64,000 nucleotides of DNA from Salinispira sp. (GCA_965226555.1 CBDDDG010000010.1:64001-128000); one strand, 5' to 3'; shown: positions 28,794 through 39,986, counted from the stretch's first letter. Numbers and translations are program-made. Notes: generated from the sequence alone by a model not told the origin.

Positions 28794-29945
28794 ATGAACT
28801 ATATTTTTTACGGACCTGATGCGGGAGATCGTCTGGAACGCATCCAGAATCTCCGCAGAAAATTGGAACATACCTATGGCGATGAGCTTTTTGTATACCG
28901 ATACTATCTCTCCGAAGACAAGGTCGCAAAAATCATTTCCAACCTAGACAACGGCACGCTCTTTGCTGCCCACACCTTTGTTATTATCAACAATGCCGAA
29001 CTTCTCAGCCGCAAAGACGACATTCGCGCATTTCGAACTCTTCTGTCGAAACGTGACGATACAACCACCCTAATATTTTCCTCCGATTCCGATAAATTGA
29101 ACCGCGATCTTCTCGCCCTCGTGAAGCCGAAGCAGCAGGAGAAGTTTGAAGAATTGACCGATAGTCAGAAACGCCATTGGATCATTGATTATCTGCGGAA
29201 GCAGCATATTGATATGGATGACGAGGCATTGGAGTTGTTCATTTCTCTTGTGAGCGACGATATTCACAGCATGAAGCAGGAGCTTGATAAACTTCTGCTC
29301 TTTGTGAGGTCTGAACTGCCGGGGGGCGGCACGGCGGGCGATGAATCGGCGGACGGTACGGCGGTGCTGCTCACAAGCGAACCTGTGGAGCAATACATAT
29401 ATCATTCCCGGGAAGAATCGGTTTTTACCCTTTTCAGCGCCTATGCCCAGCAGGATTTTCCGAAGGCTCTGGAGATTCTCAATAAACTCCAAGGTGGAGG
29501 CGCCAGCCAGGAAACGTCCATTCTTTCCCGAATGATCTACCATATCCGGCAGCTTGCCACGCTCGGCAATGTGCGGGATCAACGAAATCTGCAAAGCAGC
29601 GACTTTAGAAATGCCCGGGTATTTGGCCCGCACAATGCCGCGCTGTACCGTTCGGCTTTAAACCGCCTGAGTACGGGGGCAATTCAGTCCCATGTATTAA
29701 TCTGTAGTGAATGTGAAATGATGCTGCGCCGCCACAAATCTGCCATTCACCGCCATATACTACAGTTGTGGCTGTATAATCTTTTCTTTTTTCCTGCGGG
29801 AGATGATGGGGACGGCGGTTCCGGCGACCGCTCCCGATATGGGGGTTCCCGCGAGTCCCGACGTCGCGAGGACTTTGGGGGTTCCAGCGGGTACTCGCGG
29901 GAAGCAGAGCAGGTGTTCAGCGCAGATCATCGGCGTTTTGAATAA
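28794..29945 (+). CDS. holA: DNA polymerase III subunit delta
   Basis: YIFYGPD, TLFA...IINNAE, QELDKLLLF and ESVFTLF motifs of the HolA pattern. Confidence 0.8.
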   Translation: MNYIFYGPDAGDRLERIQNLRRKLEHTYGDELFVYRYYLSEDKVAKIISNLDNGTLFAAHTFVIINNAELLSRKDDIRAFRTLLSKRDDTTTLIFSSDSDKLNRDLLALVKPKQQEKFEELTDSQKRHWIIDYLRKQHIDMDDEALELFISLVSDDIHSMKQELDKLLLFVRSELPGGGTAGDESADGTAVLLTSEPVEQYIYHSREESVFTLFSAYAQQDFPKALEILNKLQGGGASQETSILSRMIYHIRQLATLGNVRDQRNLQSSDFRNARVFGPHNAALYRSALNRLSTGAIQSHVLICSECEMMLRRHKSAIHRHILQLWLYNLFFFPAGDDGDGGSGDRSRYGGSRESRRREDFGGSSGYSREAEQVFSADHRRFE

Positions 29946-30149
29946 TGCAAAGTTTTGCTACTGAAAATTGGGCTCTGCAACATTCGGAAGGCGGCGCACA
30001 TATGGTTGAATTCGCCCTCTGCAAAAGTTTCTTGTTGATATTTGGGATGTTGTGGTATAGATTCTTAAAAAAGGTTTCAGCGCGTATCCGCAACGAAACA
30101 GATGCGGACTCTGTCCGACCCATTTTTTTATAAAGGAGGATATTACATA

Positions 30150-32459
30150 ATGTTTAATATTAACCAACTACGGAAAGTACAGGGGAAGTTCCCTGTATGT
30201 ATTGTAATAAGTGTGGTTCTCGCCGCGTGCCTTGCCGGATGCCCACTGCCGGAACCAACCCCGGAACCCGAGCCGGCTGCGGAACCAACAGTGGAACTAA
30301 CCGCGCCGTCTGCCATGGCGGCGCCGGAGCTTGCCGCAAGGAATAATTCGCTTGCTGTTACGTGGAACCCGCCGACCAATAACGGCGGCAGCGACATTAC
30401 CGCCTACAACCTGCGCCACCGCGCGGAGGGAAGTCCAGCAGAAAACGCAGAAAAAGCGGAGTGGACAGAGCTCAGCTACGGTATTATCGGCGCTGGCTAC
30501 ACCATTGGCGAACTGACAAACGGAATTGTTTACGAAGTGCAGATGCGCGCAGTCAACGCTCAGGGAACTGGGCCATGGTCGGAATCGGCGGCATTGGCGC
30601 CCGCGCATGTTCCCGGCGCGCCTGCCCCGCCCGTGCTTGAAGCGAAGAACACAGCGCTTACTGTTACATGGAATGCCCCGCCGGACATTGGCGGCAGCGA
30701 CATTACCGCCTACGACCTGCGCTACCGCGAGTCCCGCGATGCGGGCAATGCCGAATGGACGGAAATTGAATGGGCGAAAATTATCGAAGGCATTACCCCC
30801 GCCCCTAGTATTACTGACACACACTACACCATTGGCAGCGGACTGGCAAACGGGCTCATGTACGAAGTGCAGGCGCGCGCCATAAACGGTGAGGGAACTG
30901 GGCCGTGGTCGGAATCGGCAGTATTGGCGCCTGCCACTGTTCCCAGCGCGCCAGTTGTAACCCTCGAAGCGAACGATAGGGAACTTGTTGCGACATGGAC
31001 GGTTACTGATGACGGCGGCAACGCCATTAGCGCCTACAACCTGCGCTATCGCGAAACAGTTGGAGAAGGAGAAGAACCCGTGGAATGGACGGATCTCAGC
31101 TACGGTATTATCGGCGCGCGCTACACCTTCTCTAGGCTCACAAACGGCGCCGAGTACGAGGCGAGCATACAAGCCATTAACGCGCAGGGCACCGGCGGCT
31201 GGTCTGCGGCAGTAGCCGGCACCCCATGGTACTTTCCCCTACAGGAAGAAATTACGGCTTCCGATGCGGCTGCGAATGATAATTTTGGAAGCAGTGCCGC
31301 TATTCATGGGAATACCGCAATTGTCGGAGCGCCGTTTGATAATACTACTGCTACTGACGAAGATAATATGGAAATTACCCTCGCAGATTCCGGTAGCGCG
31401 TACATATTCACCAAAGGGAGTACTGGCAACTGGAGCCAGCAGGCAAAACTTGTCGCAACTAACGCGGTTTCCGGCGCTGAATTTGGAAACAGTGTCGCTA
31501 TTTATGAGAATACGGCAATTATCGGCGCGCAATATGATACTGTTATTACTAGTACCGGCGACTCTATGAATCCAACAATCACCACCACCCTAAATGCCGG
31601 TGCCGCATACATTTTTATCCGAGACAGCAGCACTGGCAACTGGAGCCAGCAGGCGAAACTTGTCGCAACTAACGCGGCTCCAGCTAATAGATTTGGAAGA
31701 AGTGTCGCTATTTATGAGAATACGGTAATTGTCGGCGCCCCGTTTGTAAATAATGGGGGGAATTCAAATTCTGGAAGCGCATACATTTTTACCCGAAACA
31801 GCACTGGCACCTGGTCCCAGACAGCAGAACTCCTTTCCACGGGTGCAAATTATAATTTTGGAACCAGTGTCGCTATTTATGGGAATACGATAATAGTTGG
31901 CATTCCTGGCGCAGATAGTAGTAAAGGCGCTGTACGGGAATATCGCCGGAACGGGACGACTTGGAGTGCTATTTACGGCGTCATATCCGCACAAGACCGG
32001 ATTGAGGGTAATGAATTTGGAAGCAGTGTTGCCTTCGATGGAACAACAATAATTGTCGGAGCTCAGGGAAATTTTGATAATGGACCTACTACCGGCGCCG
32101 CGTACATTTTTACCAAGATGACAGAATGGAGGCAGCAGACGAAACTCACTGCAACTGACGCGGCTACGGGCGATCAATTTGGAGCCAGTGTCGCTATTTC
32201 TGGAAACACCGCAATTGTCGGAGCACATAAGAATAATGCTGCCGGAGAAAGCTCCGGCAGCGCCTACGTTTTTACCCGAGGAAGCGATGGACTGTGGCGC
32301 CGGCATGATAAGATGCTTGCTCCCGACGCGGCTGCAGGTGATACCTTTGGAACCAGTGTTGCCTTCAATGGAGAGACGGCAATTGTCGGAGCGCCGTTGA
32401 CTGATGATGTTGGGAGCAAGTCCGGCAGCGCCTATCTCTTTTCCCAGCGCGAGCAGTAG
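30150..32459 (+). CDS. Fn3 x3 + FG-GAP repeat lipoprotein
   Basis: AGGAGG SD; lipobox CLAG-C; three Fn3 domains; about seven FG-GAP repeats. Confidence 0.9.
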   Translation: MFNINQLRKVQGKFPVCIVISVVLAACLAGCPLPEPTPEPEPAAEPTVELTAPSAMAAPELAARNNSLAVTWNPPTNNGGSDITAYNLRHRAEGSPAENAEKAEWTELSYGIIGAGYTIGELTNGIVYEVQMRAVNAQGTGPWSESAALAPAHVPGAPAPPVLEAKNTALTVTWNAPPDIGGSDITAYDLRYRESRDAGNAEWTEIEWAKIIEGITPAPSITDTHYTIGSGLANGLMYEVQARAINGEGTGPWSESAVLAPATVPSAPVVTLEANDRELVATWTVTDDGGNAISAYNLRYRETVGEGEEPVEWTDLSYGIIGARYTFSRLTNGAEYEASIQAINAQGTGGWSAAVAGTPWYFPLQEEITASDAAANDNFGSSAAIHGNTAIVGAPFDNTTATDEDNMEITLADSGSAYIFTKGSTGNWSQQAKLVATNAVSGAEFGNSVAIYENTAIIGAQYDTVITSTGDSMNPTITTTLNAGAAYIFIRDSSTGNWSQQAKLVATNAAPANRFGRSVAIYENTVIVGAPFVNNGGNSNSGSAYIFTRNSTGTWSQTAELLSTGANYNFGTSVAIYGNTIIVGIPGADSSKGAVREYRRNGTTWSAIYGVISAQDRIEGNEFGSSVAFDGTTIIVGAQGNFDNGPTTGAAYIFTKMTEWRQQTKLTATDAATGDQFGASVAISGNTAIVGAHKNNAAGESSGSAYVFTRGSDGLWRRHDKMLAPDAAAGDTFGTSVAFNGETAIVGAPLTDDVGSKSGSAYLFSQREQ

Positions 32460-32470
32460 GAGTAGTAGGC

Positions 32471-32545
32471 GAATTCAATGGTGATATCTCCGGCTGGGAT
32501 GTCAGTTCGGTAACGAATATGTTTACGAGTTCCGGCGTGGCAGCC
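32471..32545 (+). pseudogene. Collapsed DUF285/BspA repeat remnant
   Basis: Translates EFNGDISGWDVSSVTNMFTSSGVAA: one DUF285 repeat fused to a tail like TNTFLESGVV of 1451..2803. Confidence 0.8.
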
Positions 32546-32584
32546 TGGAAATTGTGCTTGCACAATTTTCCAATGCAAAACTTT
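32545..32584. repeat. Palindromic element, one arm truncated
   Basis: CTGGAAATTGTGCTTGCACAATTTTCCAATGCAAAACTTT, abutting the queA stop codon. Confidence 0.8.
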
Positions 32585-32585
32585 G

Positions 32586-33713
32586 TTACAGAAACAGGCA
32601 GGCATCACCATAGCTGAAAAAACGATAGCCCTCTTTTATCGCTTTTTCATACAGCGATAAAATGGTTTCCCTTCCGGCGAAGGCGCTGACAAGCATAAGA
32701 AGTGTCGATTCCGGTGTATGAAAATTGGTGAGGAGGGCATCGACTGCCCCAAAGGTGTAGCCGGGATAGATAAAAAGATCGGTTCTGCTCCTGCCCGGAA
32801 CTATGCGCCTTCCATTCCATGCCGCTTCGAGGGTGCGCAGGGATGTTGTTCCTACCGCGAGTATCGCCTTGCCTGAATGTTTATGCTCTGTAATAAGATC
32901 TGCGGTGTCTTCATCAATTTCATATTCTTCACTATGCATTGTGTGTTCCCGCAGATCATCGCTGCGGATCGGCAGGAAGGTTCCCAAACCGACATGCAGG
33001 GTTATTTCACAATGACGGATACCCCGTTCCCTCAGTTTCTCAAGCACAGAATGGCTGAGATGGAGGCCTGCCGTTGGAGCTGCTACTGATCCTGTTTTCG
33101 ATGCGAAAATTGTCTGATAATCCTGCTCATCGCTGGAATGAGCTTCACGGCGGATATACGGAGGAAGAGGAACGCTTCCGTGGGCTGCAAAGTAATCTGC
33201 CCCGACAGGGCGGCTGAGCAGGAGAACCTTCAGAGCGGGATGCCCCGCACTGCTGTTTTCCACAATTTCAGCCCGCAAATTATCAGGTAAGGTATAGGAA
33301 GTGCCCGGAACCTGACTCCGTGCCTTGCGTGCCATGACCTGCCAGTATCTACTGGACTGTCCCTGATCTAACACCGCAAAGCCTTCGGTAAGCGGTTGGA
33401 GAAATATGAATTCAACTCGGTCGCCTTGCGGGTCGTTTTGACGGGCGCCTTGCGGGGCGCTTTGCTGGTCGTTTTGACGGGCGCCGCTTCCCTTTCTTTG
33501 CCGATCCGCATATATTCTGGCTTTGCGCACAAAACTATTGTTCACAACAATGAGTGTTTCAGAACTGAGAATTTCCGGTAAATGTGAAATATGCCGATGC
33601 TGCACGGCACCCGAACTTCGCGAATATACCAACAAGCGGGAATGCCCCCTGTTCAGCGGTTTCTGGGCAATGAGTTCGGGAGGCAGATCAAAATAGTAGT
33701 CTTTGGTCTTCAT
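32586..33713 (-). CDS. queA: S-adenosylmethionine:tRNA ribosyltransferase-isomerase
   Basis: [39 protein letters not shown] and YRFFSYGDA motifs. Confidence 0.97.
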   Translation of the reverse strand: MKTKDYYFDLPPELIAQKPLNRGHSRLLVYSRSSGAVQHRHISHLPEILSSETLIVVNNSFVRKARIYADRQRKGSGARQNDQQSAPQGARQNDPQGDRVEFIFLQPLTEGFAVLDQGQSSRYWQVMARKARSQVPGTSYTLPDNLRAEIVENSSAGHPALKVLLLSRPVGADYFAAHGSVPLPPYIRREAHSSDEQDYQTIFASKTGSVAAPTAGLHLSHSVLEKLRERGIRHCEITLHVGLGTFLPIRSDDLREHTMHSEEYEIDEDTADLITEHKHSGKAILAVGTTSLRTLEAAWNGRRIVPGRSRTDLFIYPGYTFGAVDALLTNFHTPESTLLMLVSAFAGRETILSLYEKAIKEGYRFFSYGDACLFL

Positions 33714-34773
33714 TATCTCCCGCCTTTCCGTTTTTTTCATCTGCTTCCGCGCTTCGCGGCGCATGCCCGGCCTGTCCGCGTTCAGGATGTTCAAGTCCAA
33801 GTTGTGCGTATGCTCTTTCGGTTACCGTACGGCCCCGCGGAGTTCTCATAAGAAAGCCCTGCTGAATGAGGTACGGTTCATGAAAATCTTCGAGGGTATC
33901 AATTGATTCGCCAATGGAGATGGCCAGCGTTTCTCCTCCGACAGGTCCGCCGGAATAATTGGTGATAATATTATTCAAAATATCTCTGTCCTGTTTTGTA
34001 AGCCCATCTTCATCAATGTCCAGACGATTGAGCCCCTCATTGATTATCTCATCATCAATTTTTCCCTGTCCGAGAATATCCGCAAAGTCCCGCATACGCC
34101 GGAGAAGCCGGTTGGCAATACGCGGAGTTCCCCTGCTGCAGCGAGCCAGATGCTCAATAGATTCATGCGTTATGGAAACATCCAGTATCTCGGCCGATCT
34201 TTGAATAACATCCGCAAGCTCAGCATTGTTGTAGAGCTCAATACGAACATCAATACCAAAGCGGCTGTACAAGGGGCTTGCTACCTTCCCCGATTTCGTT
34301 GTTGCGCCAATAAGGGTAAAGGAAGGCAGGGGAATGCGCACATTTCGGGCGCCAGGCCCCTGACCGATAACCCAGTCGAGTTCCCGGTCTTCCATGGCGA
34401 TGTAGAGCATTTCTTCGATAATCGGTTTCAACCGGTGAATTTCATCAATAAAAAACACTGAACCGTTCTCAAGAGTGGTCAGCATTCCTGCCAAATCTTT
34501 CGGCTTATCGAGAACCGGGGCGGCTGTTACTCTGAAATCGACTCTGAGTTCCTGCGCGACAATACCCGCAAGAGTGGTTTTACCAAGTCCCGGGGGACCA
34601 GACAGGAATAGGTGATCAAGAGTTTCTCCCCGCTTTCGTGTTGCCTCAATGAATATCTTCAGGTTCTCTTTTATGCTCTGCTGCCCCTGAAAATCGGCAA
34701 GACGGCGGGGGCGCAAGTGGTTCTCGAAAATCTTTTCATCGCCCGCCTTATCGGCATCATAGGAAAAATCCAT
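33688..34773 (-). CDS. ruvB: Holliday junction branch migration helicase RuvB
   Basis: [29 protein letters not shown] and [11 protein letters not shown] motifs. Confidence 0.98.
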   Translation of the reverse strand: MDFSYDADKAGDEKIFENHLRPRRLADFQGQQSIKENLKIFIEATRKRGETLDHLFLSGPPGLGKTTLAGIVAQELRVDFRVTAAPVLDKPKDLAGMLTTLENGSVFFIDEIHRLKPIIEEMLYIAMEDRELDWVIGQGPGARNVRIPLPSFTLIGATTKSGKVASPLYSRFGIDVRIELYNNAELADVIQRSAEILDVSITHESIEHLARCSRGTPRIANRLLRRMRDFADILGQGKIDDEIINEGLNRLDIDEDGLTKQDRDILNNIITNYSGGPVGGETLAISIGESIDTLEDFHEPYLIQQGFLMRTPRGRTVTERAYAQLGLEHPERGQAGHAPRSAEADEKNGKAGDNEDQRLLF

Positions 34774-34788
34774 ATCACCTTAACTCAC

Positions 34789-35403
34789 TCAACTCAGCTC
34801 AACTATGGCTTGGCGAAGTATTTCACCTTCATTGGATGTTTCTGCTGCGGAAAGTACCTGCGCAAGAGCTCTGGCTGCGGCCTTCCGTTCGAAACCCATG
34901 GCAACAAGCGCCTGAACGAGGTGTTCCCCGCCGCGCTCCCTGCCTTCTCCTGCCGCAGGCGATTCTGCGGATGACAATGGAGAATCGCTCAGAATAGCAT
35001 CGATACTGTCTTTGAGCGAAAGAATAATTTTCTTTGCGCCCTTTGCCCCAATTCCCGGAAGACTGGTAAGAAAGCCCTCATCTTCCCGGGCAATTGCCGA
35101 AAACAGTTCCGGCGGTCTGCTCATACCCAGTATCTTCATGCTCTGTTTCGGGCCAATACCGTTTACCTTGTTCAAAAGCAGAAAGCACCTGCGTTCATCA
35201 AGTCCCGAAAAGGCATAGAGACACATGATATCTTCCCGATGATGGAGCCAAGTATAGACCCGGCAGCTTTCGGTTTTTCTGGATTCAATATCCCTGAATG
35301 TATGCAGGGATATTTCCATTTCCCATGCCACACCGGATGAATCTTCGATTACCACCGAGTGCTCTGAAAGATAGATCATCTGCCCACGAATTGAATATAT
35401 CAT
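34789..35403 (-). CDS. ruvA: Holliday junction branch migration protein RuvA
   Basis: HRED...LYAF, VNGIGPK, PGIGAKGAKKIIL and ALVAMGF motifs. Confidence 0.95.
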   Translation of the reverse strand: MIYSIRGQMIYLSEHSVVIEDSSGVAWEMEISLHTFRDIESRKTESCRVYTWLHHREDIMCLYAFSGLDERRCFLLLNKVNGIGPKQSMKILGMSRPPELFSAIAREDEGFLTSLPGIGAKGAKKIILSLKDSIDAILSDSPLSSAESPAAGEGRERGGEHLVQALVAMGFERKAAARALAQVLSAAETSNEGEILRQAIVELS

Positions 35404-35909
35404 GATACTATTATTTCAGAAAAATGCCCTTCCTGCCAGACGCAGTAGGCCGCTGCAAGGGCATCTGCGGCATGATCGCTTTCAGGAGGAGCCGCCAGAC
35501 CGAGAAGAAACTTCACCATCTGCTGAATTTGTTGCTTTTCCGCATTGCCCACACCGGTAATGCGTTGCTTGATCTGGGGCGGAGAAAAGGAATGTACAGG
35601 AATTCCCCGTTCTCCGCAGGCAAGAAGAATTACCCCCCTCGCCTGAGCAACGGGAATAGCAGAGCGCACGTTCTTCGAAAAGAAAATACTTTCAATGCCG
35701 GCTGCTGCCGGATTCTGTTCCGCAAGGATTGTACTTACCGATTGATACAGGGACAGGAGCCGTTTTTCTTCCGGTTCTTCGGCAGAGCTTCGTATAATTC
35801 CATGAGTCCGATGCTTCACCCGAGAACCAGAGATGGAAATAACTCCGTAGCCGCTCACGGCAAGTCCGGGATCAAAGCCGATGATGAACTTCTCAAACTT
35901 CTCATCCAT
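35400..35909 (-). CDS. ruvC: Crossover junction endodeoxyribonuclease RuvC
   Basis: IIGFDPGL..SGYG, AQARGV, G.GNAEK.Q and DHAADALA motifs. Confidence 0.96.
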   Translation of the reverse strand: MDEKFEKFIIGFDPGLAVSGYGVISISGSRVKHRTHGIIRSSAEEPEEKRLLSLYQSVSTILAEQNPAAAGIESIFFSKNVRSAIPVAQARGVILLACGERGIPVHSFSPPQIKQRITGVGNAEKQQIQQMVKFLLGLAAPPESDHAADALAAAYCVWQEGHFSEIIVS

Positions 35910-36019
35910 TCAGGGAGTTCCGAGGGCGCAGGCAACGTAGGCGGTGCAGGGGGTGCGGGCAACGCAGGCGGTTTCGGGAAGGAATTTTCAGGGGGTGCGG
36001 TTCGGTAATGGGAGCAGTT

Positions 36020-36757
36020 TTATCCATCAAAATTTTCCGGAATGCTCAGATTTGTGCTCACACTCTGTACGTCATCATTATCATCGAGCGTTTCAAGAAG
36101 CTTGATTGCCTTACGGGTTCCGTCATCATTCAGGGTGATGTAAGTATCCGGAATGCGGGTAATATCGGACGAGACAGGTGTAAAGCCCCCAGACTTCAGA
36201 CCATCGAGTACCGCCTCATATTGCTCCGGCTCCGTTATAATTTCCAGCGCATTTTCATCACTCAAAACATCATCTGCTCCAAGCTCCATGGCCTTTTCCA
36301 AGAGATTGTCTTCATTGGTATTGTCAGCTTCGAAGGTAATAATGCCTCGGCGTTTGAAGAGATAGGCAACGCAGCCGTTCTCACCGAGGTTACCGCCGGC
36401 CTTGTTGAAAATTGAGCGTACATCTGCCGCGGTGCGGTTCTTATTATCGGTGAGTGTTTCAACCATAACGGCAACACCGCCGGGTCCATAGCCCTCGTAC
36501 ATATTTTCAAAAAAATCGGCGGCATCCAATTCGCCAATACCCTTTTTAATTGCCCGTTCAATGTTATCCTTCGGCATATTAGCGGAGCGAGCCTTGAGTA
36601 CGGCAGCGCGTAATCGGGGGTTTACATCCATATCGCCACCTCCAAGCTTCGCTGCAACCGATATTTCTTTTATGATTTTCGCAAACACTTTGCCGCGCTT
36701 TGCATCGGCGGCGCCTTTCTTATGTTTGATAGTTGACCATTTGCTGTGACCTGACAT
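36020..36757 (-). CDS. yebC: YebC/PmpR-family protein
   Basis: MSGHSKWSTIKHKK, YEGYGPGG and TDNKNRT motifs. Confidence 0.96.
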   Translation of the reverse strand: MSGHSKWSTIKHKKGAADAKRGKVFAKIIKEISVAAKLGGGDMDVNPRLRAAVLKARSANMPKDNIERAIKKGIGELDAADFFENMYEGYGPGGVAVMVETLTDNKNRTAADVRSIFNKAGGNLGENGCVAYLFKRRGIITFEADNTNEDNLLEKAMELGADDVLSDENALEIITEPEQYEAVLDGLKSGGFTPVSSDITRIPDTYITLNDDGTRKAIKLLETLDDNDDVQSVSTNLSIPENFDG

Positions 36758-36758
36758 A

Positions 36759-37373
36759 TTAATTCCCCTTCACTATATCCTGTATTCCCTGAAAACTGAA
36801 AGACTGAGACGGAACGGCATAGAGGAGATCAAGCCAGGCATCGGCAAGCACACCAACACCAATTGGCGCAATACCCAATACCATGTCCGCAACAGAATAC
36901 AGCGACACCCCATCCGGGAATTCAGGGAACATTCCACGTATCGGAAGAGTCGCATCCCGCTCAAGGCGTATTATCGGCTCTGCTGTTCCGCCAAAGAAAT
37001 TAGCAGATGAGTTGCCAGAGGAGTTAGCAGAGTCCCCGGGCGTATTTTTCGGGCGGAACACTGCCAGTATGTTCTGAAAAGGATTACTATTGCCGACAGC
37101 AGAATTATCGGCTTCAAGCACGGCCTCATCGGCAGGAGAAGTTCCCGTATCATTCCCGAGGGCATCTGTTTCATCTGCCGTCTGTTCTGTTATGTGGTTT
37201 GTTTTTTGGTTTGTTATTGGGTCTGCTGTCTGGTCGGGCGGCTGCTCGGCTGTCTGGTCTGCTGTCTGGTCGGGCGGCTGCTCGGGCGGCTGCTCGGTTT
37301 CGGCGATTGTCTCACATCCTCCCAGTATCGTAAGACATAACACACAAAGAAAACTGTACACATATTTCATCAT
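36759..37373 (-). CDS. Hypothetical lipoprotein with EQPPDQTAD repeats
   Basis: Lipobox ILGG-C; low-complexity N-terminal linker. Confidence 0.7.
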   Translation of the reverse strand: MMKYVYSFLCVLCLTILGGCETIAETEQPPEQPPDQTADQTAEQPPDQTADPITNQKTNHITEQTADETDALGNDTGTSPADEAVLEADNSAVGNSNPFQNILAVFRPKNTPGDSANSSGNSSANFFGGTAEPIIRLERDATLPIRGMFPEFPDGVSLYSVADMVLGIAPIGVGVLADAWLDLLYAVPSQSFSFQGIQDIVKGN

Positions 37374-37417
37374 ACCTCTATTCTAGCACAAAAAAACACA
37401 TTTTGTGAAATAATATA
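37368..37417. repeat. 50-bp direct repeat, copy 1 (copy 2 at 40041..40090)
   Basis: CATCATACCTCTATTCTAGCACAAAAAAACACATTTTGTGAAATAATATA identical at both sites. Confidence 0.92.
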
Positions 37418-37502
37418 GAAGATTGATATTGACCGAAATTTGCGGGAATTTCAAAAATTGGATGACGACCCCGATTGCCCGGTAGCAGTCACCTGCTCCT
37501 GC

Positions 37503-38043
37503 TTATTCCGGTATTGAAAAATCATCATGATAAACCACTGACGCCAGCTTCACTGCCCCATTGGGGCATTCCCAGTAGTGAATATGAAGTTCCCTGTCGA
37601 TGTCCCTACGCCACGCCTTATAGGAACAGCGCTTACGTTGCGGACTATTCGCCCCACGGCTTTTTCGCAGGGCGTGCGTTGCCGAAAGATCAATACCCTT
37701 AACGGTTTTCACAATTGCCCGGAGTATTTTTCCCGGTACATTGCTTCCCCCGTCGGCGCAAATCTTCTGGCATAATTCCCTGAAATGAGACTCGATATCC
37801 GGAGGGCTTACCTCGCTCCAGTCGGGGGGATTGTCGGTCATAAGGTCGTGTTTGAACAGCGCGATACGGATGGCAAGTTCAATTCCGTGGTCATCGGAGG
37901 CTTTGGCAAGAATAGCCGATTCATCAAGACAATTAATAAGCCCCTGAAAATTATTGCAGACCAACGCATCGCCCTCAAAAAATTCCGGCGGGGGGAACAA
38001 CAAGCAGGCCCGCATCAATGGTAACGCCGGGCACATTACTCAT
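37503..38043 (-). pseudogene. Partner gene of the AAA ATPase, apparently frameshifted; C-terminus possibly RelE/ParE-like
   Basis: The SD-supported ATG 38043 (MSNVPGVTIDAGLLVVP) stops at 37975; the rest continues in another frame to THALRK...AWRRDIDRELHIHYW. Confidence 0.5.
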
Positions 38044-39986
38044 TGGGTTTTCTCCTGCCGATTCCGATTGGCCTTTCGCTTCTTTGTTGCCGCCATGAGG
38101 ATTTTTTCGGACTGCTCCTGCGACTGATCGAAAAATCCCTTCGGCCATTCCGAGATAGCACCATATTCGTTAATGCGCACCTCTCGAAAGGTCGAGCTTT
38201 CTGACGATTTTTCAACGAAATACATTTTGGTTTGATTGTTCAGCTCCTGTCCGGGAGGCGCCGCGGCAATGCGAAAGCGGAGGCGGTCAATGAGATATTC
38301 ACTATGAGTCTCAACAATGCACTGCTTGCCGCACAGAGCCATGGAAAGGAAAAAATCGCCCAGAAGTGTCTGAACCCGCGGGTGCAAATGCAGTTCCGGC
38401 TGCTCAAAAATGAGCGTGGCATCCGAATCTGCCAGCAGACACATTACAAGTATGGGTAAAACCTGACTGACCCCAACCCCAACATGAACGAGGTCGTGCA
38501 TGATATGTGAATGATCAAGCCCGACCTTTAATTCATACCCGTAATTCTCCCGCTTCCTGCTTTGTACCGAGTCGGCTAAGCCAAAATAGCGCAGCCAGTC
38601 AACAACCGCCTCTTCAAGAGTTTGTGTAATAGGTATCCGTTCCACCACCGTATCTGTAAAATTTGCTGACGGCATATATTGAATCATTTTGCCCTTATGC
38701 AGAGCGAGAATGGATGCGGTATGTTCACCGCGTATTCCGACATCGTAAGGAGAAAGAGATGGCGCCAATGGATACAAAAGCTTCGGAGCATCCCTCAAGG
38801 GCCCAAGGTATTTTAACGATGATGTGAAAAAATCGTCCAGATACCATGCGGATCTATTCAATAATTGAGGAGGCTTATCATGGAAGTATTCCAGCTTTTC
38901 TGAATCTTTACCTGCGGATTCCTTCATGGCAGCATAAATGCGATCATAAAGGTTCTGCTGTTCTCCTATTGCTTGCCGAATTTCCGACTGCTGTTTGGGA
39001 GTTAAGGAAGCTAACCGGTTATATAAACCTCGAAGTGTGATATTCGCAGAACCGGAAGCGCCGCGCCAGAGTTTATTCTCCGATTCCTTGTCCAAATTAC
39101 TATTACCTTTCAAAATTTCCCGCAGAACCGTAATGACTTCTTTAGAAAGAATAATGTTTCCATGACTTCGATGAAGGTTGCTGCGATATTCGCGATATTG
39201 TAATGCACCTGTGATGTATTTTGCCCGTTCTTCAATGGAATTGATGATGTATAGAATTTCTTCGGGCAGAAAATGCCTCAGCAGGCATCCGATGGGTTCT
39301 GCCGAGTGATGATCTTCCATGACATCCAGCATGGAGAATTCGTCCAATTCGACATTATAAGATAGAATGGTTGGAGGATTCTTAAGAAATTCTATCATTT
39401 CATCGTCATTAGTTTCTGCGCTATATTTGCTGAGATGATTGATGGAAATATCCGCACGGAAAATGTCCTTGTCTGGATCATCAAAATCAATATTCTCGTC
39501 TCCATGCACACAGGACAGCAGGGTAGCCAGAAGACGGGGCTGAACCTGAAGTTGATCGCGCTGGGGGCTTGAGGGATCGGCATCGAATGATATTTCGCAT
39601 GCAATTTCGTAGATATGGTTGGCAGATGGTCCATAATCCGTTGCGTTTTCATTTACCATAATGGAGGGTGAGCTCGCGCCATTCTGACTGGACAAGGAAT
39701 TATTCTGATTAGACGGACGACATGTCCACTTAATTGAAATGTGATCGACCTCGCTGCCGTTCGATTTCAGATCATCAAATTGCCCCAAATTGGTAATGTT
39801 TCCATTTAACACGATGGGAGGGGAACTCCCCTTGTGAGCCAATGTCTGCGCCACAAGCAGAATGGATTGTATGAAGCTACTTTTGCCGCTGTTGTTTGCT
39901 CCGGCAAAAATGGTCAGGGGACCGAGCATCAAGTGCGTTTCCTCACGAATGGATTTGAAATTACCGACTGTCCAATGTGTGATCAT
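38040..39986 (-). CDS. ABC-type AAA ATPase (AAA_15/AAA_21-like) with DUF3696-like C-terminus
   Basis: NFKS, GANNSGKSS, YLGPLR, VGVGVSQVLP, FEQPELHLHP, ETHSEY and WPKGFFDQ motifs. Confidence 0.88.
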   Translation of the reverse strand: MITHWTVGNFKSIREETHLMLGPLTIFAGANNSGKSSFIQSILLVAQTLAHKGSSPPIVLNGNITNLGQFDDLKSNGSEVDHISIKWTCRPSNQNNSLSSQNGASSPSIMVNENATDYGPSANHIYEIACEISFDADPSSPQRDQLQVQPRLLATLLSCVHGDENIDFDDPDKDIFRADISINHLSKYSAETNDDEMIEFLKNPPTILSYNVELDEFSMLDVMEDHHSAEPIGCLLRHFLPEEILYIINSIEERAKYITGALQYREYRSNLHRSHGNIILSKEVITVLREILKGNSNLDKESENKLWRGASGSANITLRGLYNRLASLTPKQQSEIRQAIGEQQNLYDRIYAAMKESAGKDSEKLEYFHDKPPQLLNRSAWYLDDFFTSSLKYLGPLRDAPKLLYPLAPSLSPYDVGIRGEHTASILALHKGKMIQYMPSANFTDTVVERIPITQTLEEAVVDWLRYFGLADSVQSRKRENYGYELKVGLDHSHIMHDLVHVGVGVSQVLPILVMCLLADSDATLIFEQPELHLHPRVQTLLGDFFLSMALCGKQCIVETHSEYLIDRLRFRIAAAPPGQELNNQTKMYFVEKSSESSTFREVRINEYGAISEWPKGFFDQSQEQSEKILMAATKKRKANRNRQEKTQ

